Origin: Obrimoposthia wandeli
Taxonomy: Eukaryota
Assembly (NCBI GenBank): GCA_977020255.1
Contig: CDROCS010006702.1
Location: 1 to 64,000 of the forward strand
Direction: 5' to 3'
DNA: 64,000 bases
The notes under the pieces are model-generated. The model was not told where the DNA came from. It worked only from the letters and a program-made list of their open reading frames with translations, and ran no database searches. Numbering within the stretch: the first letter of the stretch is position 1; the number at the start of each line of letters is the position of its first letter. Positions 59,035-64,000 of the stretch are shown here, in pieces. Position numbers and translations under genes: made by a program.

Positions 59035-59979
59035 ATGAAACTCAATCAGCTTAAATATTTTCATAAGATCGCCGAGCTGGGCAGCGTTTCAGCTGCTGCC
59101 CGGGAGCTTTTTATCGCTCAGCCAGCCCTGAGTAATCAGGTCTCTGCGCTGGAAAAAGAGCTTGAAGTCGCATTGTTCATACGCACAGTGAAAGGGGTCC
59201 AGCTGACCCCCGCCGGGGAAAAGCTTCTGCACCATGCTGGCCTGATTCTGCGCCAGGTTGAAAACGCCCGTGCCGATGTAATTTCCGATGCCGTCTCGCC
59301 TCGGGGTGAGGTACGGCTAGTGGTGGATGCGTCCAAGGCCTACACCCTGTTGCCGCTGCTGGTCACCGAAACTGCCCGGCGCTTTCCCGAGATGCAGCTT
59401 AACGTGTCTGATGCGATGAGTCTGGTGGCAGCCCAGCATATAGCCGATGGTAAGGTCGATCTGGGCTTGATCCCCAATGCGGCGGACCTGAGTAATGTTG
59501 AGGTGCTGCCAGTGTATCGCGAGTCGATGTACCTGGTGGGTAAAAATCTGGCTGGGAAGGGTTCGAGGCATAATGGCCAGACGATTTTGTTTGAACGGCT
59601 TTCGGAATACCCCCTGGTGGCACCGTCTCGACCGCACAACATCCGCATGCATATCGAACAAGCTGCCCTGGAAGCCCGACGACCGCTGAATATTCAATAC
59701 GAACAGAATACGGGGTTGGGCCTGCGTTGCCTAATCAACAACGGTATCGCCAACGCTATTATTCCACGTGATGTGATGAACGCCGAGTTGCAGCGAGGTG
59801 AGCTTGACGCCCTGAAAGTTATCCAGCCTTCGATCGATCGGATTCACTCACTAGTACGCTTGAAGGACCGTCCGGTGACCACCGCCTGCCGTGCAATGGA
59901 AGGGTTGATTATTGAGCTCATAGGAACCTTGTGTAGACAGAATTTACTCAATGGCGATGCGATGATTCGGCCGAAGTAA
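59035..59979 (+). CDS. LysR-family regulator, Nac-like (cargo)
   Basis: MKLNQLKYF...AQPALSNQVSALE HTH; about 57% GC in a spot count; stop TAA is within the IS66 TIR. Confidence 0.9.
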   Translation: MKLNQLKYFHKIAELGSVSAAARELFIAQPALSNQVSALEKELEVALFIRTVKGVQLTPAGEKLLHHAGLILRQVENARADVISDAVSPRGEVRLVVDASKAYTLLPLLVTETARRFPEMQLNVSDAMSLVAAQHIADGKVDLGLIPNAADLSNVEVLPVYRESMYLVGKNLAGKGSRHNGQTILFERLSEYPLVAPSRPHNIRMHIEQAALEARRPLNIQYEQNTGLGLRCLINNGIANAIIPRDVMNAELQRGELDALKVIQPSIDRIHSLVRLKDRPVTTACRAMEGLIIELIGTLCRQNLLNGDAMIRPK

Positions 59980-60376
59980 GCGCCTAACCAACCACATACT
60001 ATCCAGCTCACAGCCTCCTCCATTACACTTACTTCTTTATTTAAGAAGTAGTGTATGAATCGTAGATCATCATCAGATTGGAAAGTAATCGTTAAACAGC
60101 AACTCAGTAGTGGGCTCAGTGCCTCTGCTTTTTTGCCGTGAGCACAACTTCAATCAAAAACATTTCAGCTACTACACAGGTAAGCTTAAAAAAACCAGAG
60201 CCTGCCTTTACCAGATTAAAGCCAAAATCTATCGATACACCGATAACCTCAAATGTTCATACGCTGATGTGCAATGGTGTAAGTTTTCAATGTGAGGCAA
60301 TTAATCCGTTTAGGCTGTTGGGCACATGCGCGGCGTAAGTTTATGGATGCAAGGGTATAGTTGGTTAGGTACTTAC
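59976..60376 (+). mobile_element. Internally deleted IS66-family element (right, 401 bp)
   Basis: TIRs GTAAGCGCCTAACCAACCACA / TATAGTTGGTTAGGTACTTAC; frameshifted TnpA (ATG 60055, WKVIVKQQLSSGLSASAF-CREH...) and TnpC fragment LGCWAHARRKFMDA (60310-60351). Confidence 0.9.
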
Positions 60377-60489
60377 ATTACTCCTTGATCACTTCTTCTC
60401 TCTCATGAAGTTATTTTCATTAAGATATTTTGCGCCCCGCCTTTATTTAAAGGATAATTCCTACTTCTAAATTTGATACGAGCATATCG

Positions 60490-61218
60490 ATGAAAAAAGT
60501 AGCTATCGTTACCGGCGGATCTAAAGGCATAGGTTTTGCCATTGTTAAACTATTTATAGCATCAAATTACACCGTTTATAATTTAGATATAAACACCGGA
60601 GAACAAGGCATACATATTCAATGTGATATGAGTGATTTTTCACAAGTTCAGCAAAGTATTGCGCAAGTGATTGAAAAAGAGCAACGTATTGACACACTCA
60701 TTTGTAATGCGGGTGTTCACCTATCAGCCAATATAGAAGACACTACAGAACATGCATTTGATCAGCTCTTCGCTATTAATGTGAAAGGCGCCTATGCAGC
60801 GATACAAGCAACGCTGGCCACTATGAAGCAACAAGAATCAGGCTCGATTGTGATCATTGCATCTGATCAATCAGTCATTGGTAAAACCAATTCATTTGCG
60901 TACAACTTATCAAAACATGCCCTCGCCTCTCTTTGTAAAACCACTGCTTTAGATTACGCTGCCTTTAATATTCGGGTCAATGCGCTGTGCCCTGGCACAA
61001 TAGAGACACCGCTATATCACAATGCTATTGAACGCTACTGCCAGCAATCAGGAGCCGACAAAGAGCAAGTGCATCAACATGAAGCTTCAATGCAACCGTT
61101 AGGGCGCCTAGGCAAGCCTGATGAAGTAGCGCAATACGCACTATTTTTAGCCGGTGAGAACGCCAGCTTTGTGACGGGTAGTTTGCAACTAATTGACGGC
61201 GGCTACACCACAGGTTGA
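60490..61218 (+). CDS. SDR-family oxidoreductase
   Basis: TGGSKGIG, CNAG, YNLSK (YxxxK), NALCPG, GRLG, DGG. Confidence 0.93.
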   Translation: MKKVAIVTGGSKGIGFAIVKLFIASNYTVYNLDINTGEQGIHIQCDMSDFSQVQQSIAQVIEKEQRIDTLICNAGVHLSANIEDTTEHAFDQLFAINVKGAYAAIQATLATMKQQESGSIVIIASDQSVIGKTNSFAYNLSKHALASLCKTTALDYAAFNIRVNALCPGTIETPLYHNAIERYCQQSGADKEQVHQHEASMQPLGRLGKPDEVAQYALFLAGENASFVTGSLQLIDGGYTTG

Positions 61219-61227
61219 ACCACACTT

Positions 61228-62130
61228 ATGATTAAAATCATTGATCCTCATTTACATTTTTTTGATACGACACAAGGTGATTACGCTTGGCTAAAGCCTG
61301 AAAACCCACCTTTTTGGTCTGATAAATCGGTTATTAATCACAATTTTTCATATTCAGATATTGCACTAACAGCTCCCTTCAAACACGAAGGCATTGTGCA
61401 TATTGAAGCTGGCTTTAACAATCAACAGCCATGGCAAGAAACACAGTGGCTAGAATTATTAGAAAATACTGCAGAAGATATAGCCCCACCGCCATTGCGT
61501 ACTATTGCCAATGTTGATCTCACCTTAGAGGATAATCTCTTTGATGCACTACTTTCTAAGTTATTAACCTACCAATCAATTGTTGGCTTTCGCCATATTT
61601 TAGATGATCAAGCAGCACAGTTACTCGCTTGTGAGCAAGTGCAGCGCAACTTACACAAAATTGCTCAAAGTCTTAAAATATTTGAATGTCAGTTAGACGG
61701 CTGCGACACTCATGCCATTAGCCTACTAAGCACTTACCTAACAAAACCAGCAATAGACAGCAAAGCGCGCCAGATACCTGCATTACAAATAGTCATAAAT
61801 CATGCGGCGTTTGCTGATCCTGATTCAACTTCTTTTACTACATGGCAAGAAAACATGCAGATACTGGCTAGTTTTGAAAACATCAGTGTAAAAGCCTCTG
61901 GTTGGGAAATGGTGAATAGGCAATATGAGCAACGCCACTTACACACAATCATTGAACAACTGATACGCTTGTTTGGTAGCCAAAAAGTGATGCTTGCCAG
62001 TAATTTCCCATTATGTTTGTTTAGTACTCCTTACCAAAAACTATGGCAAAGTTACCAAGACTTGCCTATTAATGCGGAGTATAAACATCAATTAATGTAT
62101 GCCAACGCAAAACGGATTTACCAATTTTAA
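61228..62130 (+). CDS. Amidohydrolase_2 family protein (sugar-lactonase-like, COG3618)
   Basis: IIDPHLH, HIEAG, GFRHIL, INHA, VKASG, ASNFP. Confidence 0.82.
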   Translation: MIKIIDPHLHFFDTTQGDYAWLKPENPPFWSDKSVINHNFSYSDIALTAPFKHEGIVHIEAGFNNQQPWQETQWLELLENTAEDIAPPPLRTIANVDLTLEDNLFDALLSKLLTYQSIVGFRHILDDQAAQLLACEQVQRNLHKIAQSLKIFECQLDGCDTHAISLLSTYLTKPAIDSKARQIPALQIVINHAAFADPDSTSFTTWQENMQILASFENISVKASGWEMVNRQYEQRHLHTIIEQLIRLFGSQKVMLASNFPLCLFSTPYQKLWQSYQDLPINAEYKHQLMYANAKRIYQF

Positions 62131-62133
62131 GCG

Positions 62134-62290
62134 TATTAATGATACCCGGGACAAGCCCTCTGCTTAACCTCAACTTCACTTACGCATGCGGGGTATTTCT
62201 AGTGACTATTAGTGCTATCAAGTTCACGCCCTAAAGAGTGGGGAATTAGCCCCTTGATGATTTAGATTCCGCCTAATTCATCTCTATTAA
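62134..62290. repeat. ~157-bp dispersed non-coding element, copy 2 (inverted relative to copy 1)
   Basis: Reverse complement aligns end to end with 30280-30435; TATTAA at both ends. Confidence 0.85.
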
Positions 62291-62416
62291 TACACTTAAT
62301 ATTCTGGTTACTACTAGTAAATAAACATAAGAGACGCTAATTTAGCGCTTATAAAACAAACATCTTATAAGGCGATACTAAATATCGATTTAGATCGTCA
62401 TATCGAGGCACCGACA

Positions 62417-63556
62417 TTGAGCAAGAAAATAGCAGCAGATGAGACAATATTAGCCAACGGCATGGGCTACATGGACGAGCAGTATTTGGGTGTTATTCCG
62501 GGTATTTTTCCAAGTACCACTTATGAACGCTCTGCCGATAACAGCTATCCTAATGGCAAAGTCTACACCCGCGATCACAATCCAAACTATGAACAACCTG
62601 AGAAGATTTTGGCCACCCTTGAAAAAGGAGAAGATGCCATGCTGTTTTCATCAGGAATGTCTGCTGCCACTTGTGTTTTCATGTCATTAAAACCTGGCGA
62701 TCATGCCATTATACCTAAAGTTATTTACTGGTCTTTTCGTAACTGGCTACTCACTTTTGCTAAAGACTGGGGCATTGAAACAACTTTTGTTGAAAACGGT
62801 AACCTTCAAGCAGTTAAAGATGCTGTCATTGTAGGTAAAACAAAGCTTCTTTGGATAGAAACGCCCGCCAACCCTACATGGGAAATTGAAGACATTGCCG
62901 GGTGGGCAGCCATTGCCAAAGATATTGGCGCACGCTTAGCGGTTGATAACACCATAGCAACACCTTTGCTTTGTAACCCACTTGAATTAGGTGCTGATAT
63001 TGTTATGCACTCTGCTACTAAGTACTTAAACGGCCATTCAGATGTATTAGCCGGCGCTCTTATTTGCAAAACTAAAGATCAGCATTGGGATAAAATGCGT
63101 AGCATTCGTGCTTCAGGTGGTGCTGTATTAGGCCCTTTTGAAGCTTGGTTACTAATGCGAGGTATGCGCACCTTATCCGTACGTGTAAACCAAGCATCAG
63201 CCAATGCTATGGCGTTTGCACAAGCTTTTGAAAATCACCCACAAGTAGAAGAAGTTCTCTACCCGGGCTTACCCAGTTTCAAAGGCCATGCACTGGCTAA
63301 ACAGCAAATGAAAAATGCCTTCGGTGGCATGCTTAGTATTCGTATCAAAGGCGGCGAGCAAGCAGCCATTGATGTGGCTGCTAAGTTGCAAATATTTAAG
63401 CGCGCAACCTCATTAGGAGGCGTTGAAAGCTTAGTAGAACACCGCGCCAGTGTTGAAGGCCCTGGAACCCCCTGCCCTGATGATTTATTACGCATTTCAA
63501 TAGGCATTGAAAACGTCAATGACCTAATTGATGATATGCAACAAGCAATGCTTTAA
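62417..63556 (+). CDS. Cys/Met-metabolism PLP enzyme (cystathionine gamma-synthase/lyase family)
   Basis: STTYER, FSSGMSA, WIETPANP, VDNT, HSATKYLNGHSD (PLP Lys), SLGGVESL; TTG start with GAGG RBS. Confidence 0.9.
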   Translation: MSKKIAADETILANGMGYMDEQYLGVIPGIFPSTTYERSADNSYPNGKVYTRDHNPNYEQPEKILATLEKGEDAMLFSSGMSAATCVFMSLKPGDHAIIPKVIYWSFRNWLLTFAKDWGIETTFVENGNLQAVKDAVIVGKTKLLWIETPANPTWEIEDIAGWAAIAKDIGARLAVDNTIATPLLCNPLELGADIVMHSATKYLNGHSDVLAGALICKTKDQHWDKMRSIRASGGAVLGPFEAWLLMRGMRTLSVRVNQASANAMAFAQAFENHPQVEEVLYPGLPSFKGHALAKQQMKNAFGGMLSIRIKGGEQAAIDVAAKLQIFKRATSLGGVESLVEHRASVEGPGTPCPDDLLRISIGIENVNDLIDDMQQAML

Positions 63557-63616
63557 CTGCCTTTACGTATAGCCGCGCACAGGTTGAATAGTGATGTAAC
63601 ACTCATCTACGCAGTG

Positions 63617-64000
63617 TTACTCTCTTTCTATTAGTCCTTCCTTTGCTCCTTCATTTACTCCCTCATGCATTAATGAAGCAAGTGTATCTTTTAGCCACTT
63701 ATGGCGTTGAGAAGCATTATTTCTAACGTGCCAAATATTCACAATATTAAAGCTTGGTATTTTAAATGGCAGCACATGATGTGAAAAGTTTTTAAAGATT
63801 GAACTCGCTAAACCGGCCGGCATAGCTACAACAATATCAGTCCCCTCTATCATGGCAGCCAGTGCAGAAAAGTTAGGAGCACTAGTCACCACTTGGCGTT
63901 TAAACCCTTGTGATGCCAAAAAGTAATCTATTTCAGTTTTTTGATTACTATTAAAAGACACAATCGCATGAGGCAAACTGCAATACTGCTCAATTGTTTT
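63617..64000 (-). CDS. C-terminal part of a LysR-family regulator (enters from the window end)
   Basis: Frame stays open to base 64000; effector-domain tail (APNFSAL...DIVVAMP...WHVRNNASQRHKWL). Confidence 0.75.
   Translation of the reverse strand, partial: KTIEQYCSLPHAIVSFNSNQKTEIDYFLASQGFKRQVVTSAPNFSALAAMIEGTDIVVAMPAGLASSIFKNFSHHVLPFKIPSFNIVNIWHVRNNASQRHKWLKDTLASLMHEGVNEGAKEGLIERE

Larger units (their letters stand above)
55917..60376. mobile_element. Composite transposon bounded by two IS66-derived miniature elements, with 8-bp target site duplication
   Basis: ATTACTCC at 55909-55916 and 60377-60384 flanks the outer GTAA.../...TTAC ends; the inner junctions lack this duplication. Confidence 0.9.

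Noticed and set aside
59136-59697. Cluster of overlapping minus-strand ORFs
   Set aside because: Shadows of the GC-rich LysR gene; no motifs or RBS.
60110-60338. Track ORFs of 61 and 66 aa as real genes
   Set aside because: They are pieces of frameshifted IS66 tnpA and are reported within the right mini-IS66.
63592-63610. Similarity to 51132-51150 (ATGTAACA...CTCATCTA)
   Set aside because: Two short blocks with an indel in AT-rich DNA; compatible with chance.
1-64000. CRISPR array, tRNA/rRNA, integrase/prophage or anti-phage defence genes
   Set aside because: No regularly spaced repeats, cloverleaf or rRNA signatures, recombinases or defence-domain motifs were recognised by eye.

Overview
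A 64 kb chromosomal window (about 39-40% GC by spot counts) from a marine-type gammaproteobacterium; the Pseudomonas/Oceanospirillales-like gene orders yafS-rnhA-dnaQ and rlmKL-rmf-pyrD suggest this, but it is an inference. The left third is mostly housekeeping: a MocR regulator, ald (1-bp frameshift), riboflavin synthase, dnaQ, rnhA, recCBD, rlmKL, rmf and pyrD. The middle is accessory signalling and envelope: a FIST-domain histidine kinase with a REC-(degenerate GGDEF)-EAL partner, hglS with a LysR, a lipid A remodelling neighbourhood (lpxR, two-component pair, PAP2, eptA), a YeiE-like LysR with a TDT exporter, rluF, a MoxR/vWA pair, a TRAP transporter with much-extended DctQ and DctM, and a stand-alone ccoG opposite a second MocR. 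The clearest unexplained structure is a 4,460-bp composite element (55917-60376). It is bounded by two differently deleted, transposase-dead IS66 miniatures of about 400 bp, is flanked by a perfect 8-bp target duplication (ATTACTCC), and carries an orphan TRAP DctP, a TauD-family dioxygenase and a Nac-like LysR whose stop codon lies in the IS66 end. Two further families of small non-coding elements occur twice each: a TA-flanked MITE (61 and 163 bp) and a ~156-bp TTAATA-flanked structured element. No rRNA, tRNA or CRISPR array was recognised. All assignments come from motif recognition by eye; no database search was run.
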